A DNA stretch of 63,565 nt, filler included, from Porpidia crustulata (lineage: Eukaryota), in assembly GCA_964255105.1 (NCBI GenBank). It is 6 parts of 6 records of this genome, joined end to end, with 100 filler letters (N's around TTAATTAATTAA, not from the genome) between each part and the next. Parts side by side here need not be neighbours in the genome. Positions count along the whole stretch, not along the records: positions 42,473 to 52,974 come from CAXUWE010000765.1; positions 53,075 to 63,565 come from CAXUWE010000766.1; 4 more parts are not named here. One strand, given 5' to 3'. The notes beneath the pieces are model-generated. The model was not told the origin of the DNA. It saw nothing but the letters and a program-made list of their open reading frames with translations, and ran no database searches. The position numbers were made by a program, and so were the translations under genes. Below are positions 49,956 to 63,565 of this stretch, one piece after another; position 1 is the stretch's first letter; every line of letters starts with the position of its first letter.

Positions 49956-52541
49956 ATGCAGATTATGACAGGATCTAAGATTACCACCTCTGCCATGGCG
50001 TACACCAACGGACGGTCCCTACCATCGAATCAAGGCACGGAAATTGAGGATGAATTTCCTATAAACAGTTCAGAAGATGATGAACCACCACCTCCTCCTC
50101 CTAAGGATCCCATAGAACGGACGGCATTTTCTCCTATCAACGCAGAATCTTACTTCAACTCTTTCAATTCCATGAAGCCATCTCGGACCAATTCGATGTA
50201 TTCGCTGACCCGGGTTTCGTTCACCAACCAACTTTCGCAATTGACTTCATTGCATTTACCCAATGCAGCGTCATTATCGACGAGCATCTCTGCTATACCT
50301 ACGGCTCCCATTGCTGCCAAAGCATTCAGTAGTGCCGCGGAGCAGATGCAGAAATGGCTGCAGAAAGCTTCTGAAGTTTTAAAGGGTCTGGATGTCGAGG
50401 ACGACGTTGAGTGGGCTGCTGCCGGAGGGCGTGAAGGTCTCGCGCAGGTCGATGTCGCGATTGAGAAGTTCGAAAGCTTAATCAAAGTATATGTCACCGC
50501 TATTGAAGAGTTACAGGAGAGACCAGATATCTTAGATGTACCACAAGTGGAGATGAGATCTGTGGTCGACCAGATGGAGATTGTCCTCCGAGAGTGGAAC
50601 AAAGTCCGAACATTCCTGAAAGGGTTAAAGAGCCAGGTCGAGCTAGCTATGGAATGGGAAGAATTATGGAATGGTGTGCTCGGAAACATCGGCCTCGAGA
50701 TCGAGAATTTGAGTCGGCTGGTGTATGATATGGAAGAGTCAAGGCACAAAACATTGACGGCAGATACAATGACAGCAGGTCTGGACATACAAGATTTGGA
50801 AACCATTGTCGAGGAGACACCAGGGAGCACGGACAGAACTCTGAACCATCGTTTCAGTCTACCGTCCACTTTCTCAACAAGCTCGCCTATCGGCTCTCCA
50901 TTGATCCCCAATCCCCAACACGATTCAAAGCTGCTCGCCCTTTTCGGGAGAATGCAGCCTCTTCGAGCTTCTTTGGACTTTCTCCCAATGACACTATCAA
51001 ATTACCAAGCGAGAGCAGAGCCCGTATTGCCCACCTCATGCCAAGAGCTTGAGACACGGAGAGAGAGTCTGGAAGAGACTTGGAAGAAACTCGAGAGTGA
51101 TGCTGAAACGCTGAGACGAGAGCTTGGCGAGGATCGCTGGGTGCTCATCTTTAGACAAGTAGGCAGACAAGCACAGAAGATCTGCGAGTCGGTCGAGCGT
51201 AGTATCAGTAAACTCCAAGAGTCAATTGACGTTGGAGCGCAGCATAACAACCGTCTTGCTCTTGCTACAAGGGTGGAGAATTACGAAGACAAAAAGACGC
51301 ACTATGGTCCTGCTATCGAGAGAGTACTTGCTATGATTGAAAAGGGTGCTAATGATCGTTTCACGGTCAATGGTGAAATACTTCGATTGCGTTCGGATAC
51401 ACAAGCCAGATGGATGAGCATACAAGCAGAGATCAAGAATATGGATCTTGCACTAGACGACTTGAATCTGAACAAAAACCAGCAGCTACGAGATTCAATT
51501 TCTACTATCGTTTCAATGGATCGATCGGTAGTTGGTAGTGCAAATGATACACCGGGAAGCTCTCCTACGTCCTCCGTAGTCAACGCGCCTTTGAATGGTC
51601 ACAAAAACGGCTCATCAACGCTCAACGGGGCAAGTCGCCGAAGCAGCACCGTGTCTAATACCACTTCCCGCCCATCTGCATCACGGAGATATTTCAGTGG
51701 TCCTCCCGGATCCGTTGGTTCGACCCAACTCCCACGGAAAACTTCGGCATCAAGATCCTCCAGCTTCAACACTGAGATTCCCGGTAGCGCTTCGCCGTCG
51801 CCATACTCCAACTACAATACATCCACCCCTACCTCCGCTCCAGGCAGTCGCGGTCAACGACCTACAATGTTCCACATAGACAACAAACCTCGTTGGAATT
51901 CAAGTCCAAAAGTCGAACACATTGACTTTAGCTCCAGACACAAAGCTCCTCCTCTACACAGCCCCTCTGCAGGCCGCAACAGCTCTCTTTCATTACGCTC
52001 ACCACCTAGCTCATCAAACCTACCTTTCTTGAGCCCATTGGGACGTTCTGGTACCTCATCCCCTGCTCCCACCACACCATCAACCGCTCAATCACGCCTA
52101 TCTACGATTTCCACGTACGACCCGCGCCGTATCTCCTCCTCTCCTGTACGCTCATCAACAGACCCACCTCGTCCGAGCCACAAGTCCCAAGCCAGCGCCA
52201 CAAACCTTCCATCCAATGTATCCGATTCCCGCCGTCAAAGCGTTGGTCCCGATAGCAACGAAGACTCACCTTCGGCTCGTCACAGACTGCAGAGACCCGC
52301 AACGGTCATGGCGACAAGTCGACGAATCAGCATGCTTCCAATACGCAAGACCACCATTGCCGCGGTAGATGAAGAGGAGTCCACCGGCACCCTTGCAGCC
52401 AAGAGCCCCGTGGCTGCGAGATCAAACGGGCGGGAAACGATTTTGGGAGCTAGAAATGACCGGGGCGGGAGGCAGAGTAGTCTGGAGGGAAGGAGAGGAA
52501 TGGAGGGTGCAACGGCTGGAAGGCTCGGGGGATGGAATTGA
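49956..52541 (+). CDS. KAR9: KAR9-family microtubule guidance protein (MigA-like)
   Basis: Helical domain WAAAGGREGL..QVELAMEWEELWN..RMQPLRASLDFLP..LRRELGEDRW, followed by a basic S/P-rich tail with KPRWNSS and an SMLP (SxIP-like) motif. Confidence 0.88.
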   Translation: MQIMTGSKITTSAMAYTNGRSLPSNQGTEIEDEFPINSSEDDEPPPPPPKDPIERTAFSPINAESYFNSFNSMKPSRTNSMYSLTRVSFTNQLSQLTSLHLPNAASLSTSISAIPTAPIAAKAFSSAAEQMQKWLQKASEVLKGLDVEDDVEWAAAGGREGLAQVDVAIEKFESLIKVYVTAIEELQERPDILDVPQVEMRSVVDQMEIVLREWNKVRTFLKGLKSQVELAMEWEELWNGVLGNIGLEIENLSRLVYDMEESRHKTLTADTMTAGLDIQDLETIVEETPGSTDRTLNHRFSLPSTFSTSSPIGSPLIPNPQHDSKLLALFGRMQPLRASLDFLPMTLSNYQARAEPVLPTSCQELETRRESLEETWKKLESDAETLRRELGEDRWVLIFRQVGRQAQKICESVERSISKLQESIDVGAQHNNRLALATRVENYEDKKTHYGPAIERVLAMIEKGANDRFTVNGEILRLRSDTQARWMSIQAEIKNMDLALDDLNLNKNQQLRDSISTIVSMDRSVVGSANDTPGSSPTSSVVNAPLNGHKNGSSTLNGASRRSSTVSNTTSRPSASRRYFSGPPGSVGSTQLPRKTSASRSSSFNTEIPGSASPSPYSNYNTSTPTSAPGSRGQRPTMFHIDNKPRWNSSPKVEHIDFSSRHKAPPLHSPSAGRNSSLSLRSPPSSSNLPFLSPLGRSGTSSPAPTTPSTAQSRLSTISTYDPRRISSSPVRSSTDPPRPSHKSQASATNLPSNVSDSRRQSVGPDSNEDSPSARHRLQRPATVMATSRRISMLPIRKTTIAAVDEEESTGTLAAKSPVAARSNGRETILGARNDRGGRQSSLEGRRGMEGATAGRLGGWN

Positions 52542-52974
52542 TTCGGAAAACGCTTCGGACACCATGTTTTGATGACCGAAGAACGAACATTGATTCCAAA
52601 TTCTTTATAGCAGCAAAGCGATTGGGTTCTTTCCAGCGGCTGGTTTTTTTTTTCTTTCTTCCGAGATACATATATCATGAAGGTGAACAACACCCATGTC
52701 GAAATTATCAGGTCGGATGGGCGGGGTGGGATACATAGTCACATGTATCTGATTGGTAAATTTATTCTAGGTAGATGAACGCTCTAGATTGGGTTTCGTG
52801 GAAATCTTGCTTGAAGAGTGGAGGTGTTGGGGGGGTGGAATAGGATGGTGGTTTTGTGTCGTGAATGAGGGATAGAGAAAGGTGAAAGCGTGGTATATTG
52901 AGACAACGATGAGATGATTTGATATACCATCCATCCATCCAATCCCCTTCAATCCCTTTATTCCCCTCCAACCC

Positions 52975-53074
52975 NNNNNNNNNNNNNNNNNNNNNNNNNN
53001 NNNNNNNNNNNNNNNNNNTTAATTAATTAANNNNNNNNNNNNNNNNNNNNNNNNNNNNNNNNNNNNNNNNNNNN
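52975..53074. other. Artificial contig linker
   Basis: N block with TTAATTAATTAA core. Confidence 0.99.
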
Positions 53075-53172
53075 CTAGATTAGATTAGATTAGATAGCAC
53101 CGTGCTTCATAGCCCTAGGCTGCATAAGCCCGTAAAAATGAAGTAATAAAAAATAAAAATAAAAATAAAAAT
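53075..53172 (+). mobile_element. Probable 3' end of a non-LTR retroelement (Tad1-like LINE or its SINE)
   Basis: (TAGAT)4, a stem-loop GCTTCAT..AGCC-cta-GGCT..ATGAAGT, then a (TAAAAA)n tail, at a contig edge where repeats break assemblies. Confidence 0.55.
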
Positions 53173-53607
53173 ATTGCGCTCAATTGATTGCGTACAATTA
53201 AACTGAGCGATGCTCAAGATAGCAATGTATCTATCCAGACACGTCAATATTTTGCACTATGCGAAGAGCGATATCTAAATTTTTCTAAAGGCCTTCCGTC
53301 AACCTCCCTGCCTGCCAAGGACAGCAGGGCATACGGTGATGGGTTTAGCAAGGTGTGTTGGTTTTTGGTGAAGCACCGAACACTGGTGCTCCAAAATCGC
53401 TCTGCTGCCATCTCGCATGTTGCATGGAATAAAACGTAATTGCGTCTGAGCGCTTTCTCTCCTCAGCAATAAATTACTCAAGCTATTGTTTTCACGGAGT
53501 ATGTCTGCAGAGAATATTGGAATCCACGATTCTTGGCGAATGAGCTTTCAAGGTAATGGTATTGCTAGATGTGTTTGGACAATCATATCATACTGGTGGC
53601 GTTTGCT

Positions 53608-54943
53608 TCAGTACTGCACTATTGCAGCTCCGTCTTTCTTGCATACTTCCCACAGGCCAGACAATTCTTCCGCGAGTCTTCCAGACAGTGGGCCTGCAGC
53701 ATACGTCTCATTCGTACTCTCGACATGCTGGATCTTACTTGCACCGACAATGATACCGTCTTCTTTCCCAAGAGCAGAATGAAAGCATAGCCAGCGCATC
53801 GCTGCGCCCTGCATGGATATGTTGTTCGCTGCAGCCAGGATGCGGAGCCTAGCGATCGCTTCGTGCATGCTCGGTTTCTCGTACCAATGGCGAAAGGCCT
53901 TTCCAAAGGGATTCTTGTCGGAGACCTCGAACCGGGTCCCCTTAAGCTCATCTGAATCGCTGTTGGGCGTAAGCTTACCTGTCAGGAAGCCGCCTGCCAG
54001 AGGGCTATTTATGAGCTACGGTGTTAACTTCACTTCTATGATTTTATCATAAAAACGCGTTCCTCATGTTGAAAAGGTTGACAATTGATTGAAAGTGGAA
54101 CCGACCTGTATGCTGTGAAATGAATTTTGTGTTTTTGGAGCATGGGAAAAAGACCATGCTCGTAGCTACGGCAGAGCAGATTATACTGGCCCTGGTAGAA
54201 ACTGGGTTTCACGTATCCCTCCGTCTCGCAGATTGCCAGCCATTCTTCGAGCATTGACAGTGAGAAATTCGAGACGCCGAGCTGATACGTCACGCTTCAG
54301 AAACCCAGTCTACAGTGTAGCAAAAGTGACCTAAGTGGAGACAAATCTTACATGAACGAATCTACCCTCTTTGAAGTATATGTCCATTGCCGCCGCCTGT
54401 TCCCTTATTGGAGTAACTTTGTCAGGCGCATGACAGTAGAGAACGTTGACCTGAGTAGAGCTCAGTATATCACTGTTCATCATTACCGTGCATGGGGTAG
54501 CATGGGGAGAAAATCAACAAATCTATCTGAGATGCAATGCCAGGAAAAAAACATTAAGCGACTCTCGTACGATCAACCATCAGAAGCCGCATCGATTGCC
54601 AGTGAAGAGAGATGTAGTTTACGAATCCAGGGCTACTGACTTTTGTGACCCCTAATGACTTGAGGCTATGATCGAGAGACTTGCCAATATTGGAAGCTGT
54701 CAGCGACCCACCTCCATCACCACTAACCATCACCTTGGTATCAATGATAAAATTTTCGCCGTACTTCGCTTTCCCAATCAACTTTTCAGAGGTACCTGGA
54801 GAAGTTGGGGGATATCTGGCAGCAGTATCAACCCGTGAGATATGCGCTCTCTGGAGAGCTTCGCCAAGCTTCTCAACTTCTTCCTTGGTAGTGAATGATT
54901 CGCCCAGCGAGGCGCAGCCAAAGATGAGCTGTGGGGAAGTCAT
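53608..54943 (-). CDS. Aldo-keto reductase, AKR7 / aflatoxin B1 aldehyde reductase-like, four exons
   Basis: VDTAARYPP..SEKLIG, IDTK, VNVLYCHAPD, LGVSNFS, YQGQYNLLCRSYE, SPLAGGFLTGK, MRWLCFHSAL..DGIIVGAS. Confidence 0.93.
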
Positions 54944-55452
54944 TGTGTATTTGGAAGGATCCGATCGAACTTAGGGCAGAAGGCGTTCCCTCATAAGGTA
55001 GGGCGGGGATGACTCCAGCTACCTATCAAATATATTCTGATACACAGGAGGTGCAAGAGGTCATTCAGAATTAAGTGCTTATGAATCTAATGACTCTGCA
55101 TGCAGCCAAACCCACGACATGATTTAGCCTTCCGTCCCAGCATCACCGAAATCCTGGCATATGAATAAGCATGACAGAAGCCCGGAAGGGGGCCAATAAT
55201 CAATATCGCATTGAAATGGGATGGGTACTATTAATGCTGCGCTCTAGATTGCTTGAGTGGTCCGGGTATAAGCCGGACTTAAGATGCTCGTCCAGCATCA
55301 TTTTACCACTCGATGACGGAACTTCTCCGCTTTAATCGATGATTAGACTACAGGGTTAGATTGATATACTATTCATGCCATTCTTTCACTATTCAGCGTT
55401 GCAGTAATCGTAAAGACACTTCATTATCTAGTCGTTATACTTCTCATAATAT

Positions 55453-57603
<2,151 letters not shown>

Positions 57604-59290
57604 GGGTGGTGGGCAGCGGATTTGCGTAGATTATGAGGTTTCAATGTGCGTATTGTGATGTCTAGAACTCAGTAGCATTGGGTTGTATTGGATTATTACA
57701 CTCATTTCCCGCCAAGCTAGATACGACATGAACACAAGTCCAAAATATACTGTAGGAGCATAGTGCACAGTCTACAAGAACCCTTTAGACTATGAGATAC
57801 CTGGTTCATCACAATAGTACAAAAGAAGTAATATTGCTAAGCGAGGGAACTACTAAAACTAGCCCCCCTACGAGCGAATTCAAAAGACCAAGGGAGACGA
57901 AAAGTTCGACAAGGTGACAAATGGGCCACGCATACACTTCGTCGCCAGCAGAACCAGAAAGATGCACAAGATGGAGCAGTATACGGAGAAAGAATCAATA
58001 TCGCCTTTGAGCAGATTTAGGACTCAAAAAGCCGGATTGAGGTCTTGGGCATTCTAGGATGGAGCATATCGTGTTTCTTTGGAAGTCAACAGAGTGGATA
58101 CTTCAGTCTCTAGATCACATAACCGGTCATGCTGTATGTGTCACTTGGGGTGATGGGCCATGACTCGTTTTCCTTTACCACTTCTTGATTCTTTCGTTCA
58201 CTCGTACTACTGTACTTTCAGGGGCGACTTTAAACTTTTTAGCTCGCTCGGTAAGTCGGATCCTCGGCTGAAACAGTTCGCGGTCGGCACTAAAGCGAAG
58301 AGAGTTAGGGTGTTTGTTTCACAGCATTATGATTGGTAGGGGTCAAATCATTAGGTAATTCATGTTTAAAATGGATTTTAATTCCTACGGATGCGACGTC
58401 TCCAGATCTGGCGCTATGAAGGCTTTCAAACATCGCCGTCCTCCTACTGCAAATGAGACATCTCCACACCAATCCCAACCGCCAAATACGATTCGACGAT
58501 GCACCGACGCTTGTGTGACCCTGGCCAACTGCGCGTCGTCTGCCTGGGCGAAACGGAAACATGATGTTGCGCCGGGGCAAGCCTATGGATCCAATCGCTC
58601 GAAGTAAACCAGTTGGATGCGTCGCTCCAGATCACACTTGATGAGCTAAGGCTAGGGTAACGAGCCCAATCCGTTCATCAAAACCTATAGAATTCTGAGT
58701 GCATCGTGAATTCGAATATTCACGCATGAAGTCGAGAATGTGGGGTGGCTGTAGCCCCGACCTCGAGCATTCCTGACGGGCAATGAAATAGGTGAACCAT
58801 CCACTTCCTTACAACGCCGCCATTGAAAGCTGACGAAGAATCGGATAAAATTGTTCTGATAGAAATTTCTTGCGGCTCCTTGTTGTTGATCGACTCTCCT
58901 GCAATTTTATTTGCTGGGCGGCGCCCCTGATCTTTACCTTAGCCTACCCGAGACCATCACCATCTTAATCACCCTTTGTCTCTTAACCTCTTTCTTCCTC
59001 AGTCTTTATCAAGTCTTTGCTTCAGTCGCTTTTCAAACACTCTTTTTTCGAGCTTTGCTTACACTTTCATTCTTTTAAGTGTACAAAGCCATTCATTCAT
59101 TTGTTCAGAGTTACGCCAGTCGAAACTGTCAATTTTCACCCTCAATTTCAAGATTTCTCCCGGTCTATTTACAAACAAGCAGCAAGTCGTCCTCCTGTAG
59201 AAACCTTACGCCTTTTGCTCGAACGCTTCGGAGATCTGCGATCCCGTCCCACATCACTGTCAAATTTTCAATAGCAGCACCGGAAAAGAC

Positions 59291-60368
59291 ATGCATTTCC
59301 TCGCTCTCATCATTGGTCTATGTGCGACCAGCGCCTTTGCTTCTCCAATCAATCGGCGAGATGATTTCGTGACAGACGTCGTGGTGGATGACGTTGTGGT
59401 TACCGATGTGGTCATGACCACAGTGTACGAGAGCGAAGCTGCTCCATCGCCTGCGGCTGAGCCTGTCGTCAATATAGTTACGACTACTACCAGCGTGCCA
59501 GCTGTCGTTCTACAACCTTCTCAAGAACAGACTCCGCAGGCCCCACCTTCCCCACCACCTGTTCCAGCCGCAGCTCCGACTCAAGCGCTGAACAAGGTGG
59601 CCGTAGCTCCCGAGCCAGCTGTGGTCCCGTCCTCAAGTCAAGCCTCATCTACGCCACCTGCGTCCACGCCTACGCCTGGTCCCAGCAGCAGTTCGCCCGC
59701 TGGTTACGTCGCCAACCTTGATGCCGGTGGCTCCCAATACCAGCAGCTAGCCCTGGAACATCACAATATCCACCGCGCCAACCACTCAGCTTCAGCCCTT
59801 ACTTGGAATTCGACTTTGGCTGACTACGCTAAGACCACGGCTGAGACCTGTTATTATGACCACAGTCTGTGAGTAGACTCCACCACTTTGACAAAACTTC
59901 TCCACTGGAAACCCGCTAATCTGTACTAGTGCCCCTGGCGGTGGAGGATATGGTCAAAATATCGCCAATGGTATTGCACCTGGCAACATCTCGAGCATCA
60001 TCACCAACGGCCTGTATAATGACGAATTCGACTGGTACGCCAATCAATGGGGCAATGACAATCCAAACATGAAGGATTTCGAGAAATGGGGTCACCTCAG
60101 TCAGATCATCTGGAAGGATACCACTTCCGTTGGATGTTATACTTCCTCATGCGCCCCTCCAGGTGCCAACCCTCAAGCTTGTAACCCAGCCGACGGGCAG
60201 CCATATCTCAAGAACACTCAGTGTGGCATGAACCCGGGGACCCCTGCATTCTTCACGGTCTGCAATTACTACCCTGCCGGTAACGTTCAAGGTGAATACA
60301 GCAGAGTCCAAGCTCCTAAGAGCGGCAAGTTCGTACAAGTGACCGAGAATGGTGTTACTGGCATGTGA
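59291..60368 (+). CDS. Secreted CAP/SCP (PR-1, Pry1-like) protein with S/T/P-rich N-terminus; one intron
   Basis: Signal peptide; HNIHRANHSASALTW; GYGQNIA; WGHLSQIIWKDTTSVGC; FTVCNYYPAGNVQG. Confidence 0.95.
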
Positions 60369-60951
60369 GCCACCGTCTCATCACAGGATCCCCGAGCTAT
60401 AGCTAGCTGGTCCATGCTCTGGAGTTTCTGAGACAGCTAGGCTAGCGGGCAGGCGGACCTGTTTCCCTGTAGAGCTTCTCCGATCGAGAATGTTCTACAT
60501 CTGACATCTTGTCTGATGCTATGGAAATCTTCATGCATTCTACTTTACCATTAGCAGCTGCTTGCATGCATGTCACGAGATGATAGTGTACAGGCGAGGT
60601 GTCATTCAATTCTTGTAGCTAAATTTAACGGATGGAATATCCAGCAAGTCACTGGCAATCTTTCCGAATGCGTAGATGTCACATTTTTTCATCGTACATC
60701 CTACTTGCCATGACAAAGTCGAAGCATCGGCCCCTCGAAAGGCTAAGTCGACGACACTGAGGTGCCCAAGTTGCCCTCACGTGCCTGTAGTCCCACATCT
60801 CGCTTATCTTATCAATCGTTATCGATAAGGCGAATGCCTCCAAGACCGATTCGCCGCAAAGCATTCGCACGCGCCTTGGAAAAACCATACTCCTAAAGCT
60901 TACCAAAGTCTTGCCCGTGTTGCAGACGAACCTGGGAAGAAAGGAGCTAGC

Positions 60952-63562
60952 ATGGCTGCAATGTATGCGAACGACGGCGAAAGCTCTAGGGAGCCATTAC
61001 ACCTAGTAAATCAGCTGCAAGAAAGCAGAAGTCCGTACGTGAGTTTTCATAAAGTGTGATTTCAAAAGGTTGGGGCACTTACTGAGCTGGAACACACCCT
61101 TCTCTAGGTTCGCGGACACATGAACAACCCAGTTGCATGGCAGATATGGGGACCAGAAGCTCTGGGGCTGGCGAAGAAGCATAACCGGATGCTCTTCTTA
61201 AGTATCGGATATGCGGCTTGTCATTGTATGTGCAGCACTTGCTACCTTTCGGTCTCTCCCATTGTTCACTTCGTCTTATCTTCGAAATGGGGCGTGAGAA
61301 GCTAGAATTATGCTAATAAGCTAATAGGGTGTCATGTAAGCATAGAATTGAGCCTAATAGCACTGTTGTAGATGTACGGAGGCGAATATTATATACATCC
61401 CAAAAAGCACACTTTGAGCAGACCCATTGTTCAGGTCGAAGATGATCCAAAAATGAAGGACTGACTCTGGGGGGTTCAAGGTCATGGAGCGCGAGTCTTT
61501 CTCCTCCCCTGAAATCTCGAAAATCCTCAACTCCTCCTTCATACCAATCAAGATCGATCGTGAGGAGCGTCCTGATATTGATGCCATCTACATGAACTAT
61601 GTGCAAGCTACGACCGGTTCCGGAGGCTGGCCGCTCAATGTCTTCGTTACGCCAGACCTCGAGCCAGTCTTCGGTGGTACCTATTGGCCTGGACCCGAGA
61701 ATGGCGTGGGGGCTGAGACTGTCGGTTTCGTGGATATACTGCAAAAAATGAGAGATGTATGGACAAAACAGGAAGGAAGATGCCGGGAGAGCGCCAAGGA
61801 AATTACAAGACAGTTGAGGGTATTTGCGGAAGAAGGGGTGCATAGCCATCAGCTTGGAGAAAAGAATGACGTGGATGGTCTGGACATTGAATTACTTGAG
61901 GAATCCTACCAAAGTTTTGAGAGGAGATATGACAAATTGAATGGCGGCTTCTCCCAAGCGCCGAAATTTCCAACGCCAGTCAATTTGAGCTTTCTGCTAC
62001 GGCTCGGGCAGTGGCCGCATACGGTTAAGGATGTCGTTGGCGAGGAGGAATCCGCCAATGCTACGAAAATGACTATCAATACACTACGGAGAATGGCAAG
62101 AGGAGGTATCAGAGATCAAATTGGCTACGGCTTCTCAAGGTACTCGGTGACCCCTGATTGGACTCTTCCACATTTTGAGAAGATGCTATACGATCAGGCG
62201 CAACTGTTAGATGTCTATCTCGATGCTTTTCTTATTATGCATGACCCGGAAATGCTCGGAGCGGTCTATGATATTTCCACTAATCTGACAAGCCCGCCTC
62301 TTGCTGCGGAGAACGGAGGATTCTACTGCGCTGAAGACGCCGACTCTTACCCTACAAATGCGGATACCGAGAAACGAGAAGGAGCTTTTTACGTCTGGTC
62401 TCTAAAGGAATTTCAACAGGTACTTGGCGACCGTAATGCCGACATCTGCGCTCGTTTCTATGGCGTTACGGCTGATGGTAACGTGGCAAGAGAGAATGAC
62501 CCACACGACGAATTCATTAGTCAAAATGTCCTGAGCATCAAGTCAACACCAAGCCATTTAGCGAAAGAGATGGGTATGGCCGAGGACGAGGTTGTCGCTA
62601 TCCTTCGCGACGGGCGAAAGAAACTTCGAGAACACCGTGATCGTGAGCGTCCGCCACCAACATTAGATGATAAGATTATTGTTTCGTGGAACGGGCTCGC
62701 AATAAGCGCCTTAGCAAGAACTAGCGCTGCCCTTGAAGACATCGACCCAGCGAAGGCAATGGAGTGTAGAACAGCCGCTCAAAACGCCGTTGCATTCATC
62801 AAGAAAGAATTGTATGACGATCAAACTCATACCGTGTGGCGAGTCTTCCGGCAAGGCCGAGGCGACGCTCCCGGGTTCTGTGACGACTACGCTTTCCTGA
62901 TCCAAGGGCTTGTTGATCTTTATGAAGCCACATTCGATGACAGCTACATCCAATTAGCAGACACACTTCAAAGTCAGTTCCTTGTCTTCCTGTATCATTC
63001 TAATGAGCCTACGTAACTAAATATTGCAGAAACCCAAATCCGCCTCTTCCTGTCCGCTGATTCCCCGGGCTTCTACACCACCCCCAGTCCGCACCCACCA
63101 GACCTCCTACTGCGCCTCAAATCAGGCATGGACGCTGCAGAACCGAGTTCGAATGGCATCAGCGCGTCGAACCTGTACAGACTAGCTAGCATGCTCGAAG
63201 ACGAGGATTACAGACGTCATGCCCGAGCAACGGTGCAGGCGTTTGAAGCGGAGGTCGAGCAGTTTCCCTGGTGCTTCGTAAGCATGCTAAGCAGCGTAGT
63301 CGTGGGCCGATTGGGGTGCAAGGGAGTCGTTGTCACAGGCCTACGCGGTGAAGCAAGCCCCAAGAAGGGCACAGAAGCGGTGGAAGTATTGAAAAAATTG
63401 AGACGGGAAGTTGGAGTCGGGAGGACGATCGTGGGGCTTGGGACGAGTACGGGGTCGTGGCTCAGGGATAGGAACCCACTGTTCAAGGATCTGGACGTGG
63501 CGAAGGATGGCGTGATGGTTTGTGAGAACGGGGTTTGTCGTGAAGGAAAGGAGTTTCTGTGA
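60952..63562 (+). CDS. SPATA20/YyaL-like protein (thioredoxin-like DUF255 plus six-hairpin glycosidase-like domain), five exons
   Basis: NQLQESRSPYV..NPVAWQ; SIGYAACHWCHVMERESF; KIDREERPDID; GGWPLNVF; APKFP; PHFEKMLYDQAQL; DDKIIVSWNGL; DAAEPSSN. Confidence 0.95.
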
Positions 63563-63565
63563 TGG

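Noticed and set aside
50150..51583. Long antisense ORFs over KAR9 (and similar ones over GMC, UBX5, STT4, FMP40)
   Set aside because: Shadow frames of real genes caused by codon bias; no independent motifs.
10531..53074. Regularly spaced TTAATTAATTAA motif every ~10.6 kb, and ORFs running into X stretches
   Set aside because: Artificial six-frame-stop linkers between size-sorted contigs; no cross-linker cluster or fusion can be claimed.
54451..54640. 190-nt AKR7 intron containing ATGATGA and CTGA (C/D-like boxes)
   Set aside because: The boxes are only about 12 nt apart and the CTGA doubles as the branch site; no convincing snoRNA layout.

Overview
Eukaryotic DNA from a filamentous ascomycete (Pezizomycotina; possibly a lichen-forming Lecanoromycete, which is inference only), with short GT-AG introns. 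The window is not one locus. It is six contigs of about 10.5 kb in decreasing length order (1-10530, 10631-21155, 21256-31769, 31870-42372, 42473-52974, 53075-63565), joined by 100-nt N/TTAATTAATTAA linkers, so adjacency across linkers means nothing. It holds about 20 mostly ordinary genes: GMC oxidoreductase, Zn2Cys6 factor, two aldo-keto reductases, CDF transporter, UBX5, STT4 (partial), Kelch-like membrane protein, Pth11-like protein, FAD-linked oxidase, SIW14, Grainyhead/CP2 factor, oxysterol-binding protein (partial), a small mitochondrial protein missed by the ORF track, a two-domain Cys-rich secreted protein, a CH-domain protein, KAR9, FMP40/SelO, a CAP/PR-1 protein and a SPATA20/YyaL protein. 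The most unusual signals are non-coding. (1) A 263-bp MITE has 69-bp TIRs starting CAC and a 5-bp TSD (Transib-like signature); it lies beside a pogo/Fot1 end, a tRNA T-arm relic and a G-quadruplex motif. (2) The neighbouring Kelch gene carries two consecutive stops (TAA TAG). (3) A pair of TA-TSD MITEs sits 0.6 kb apart. (4) A 412-nt intron contains a stem with H/ACA-like boxes. No database searches were run; family calls come from recognised motifs.
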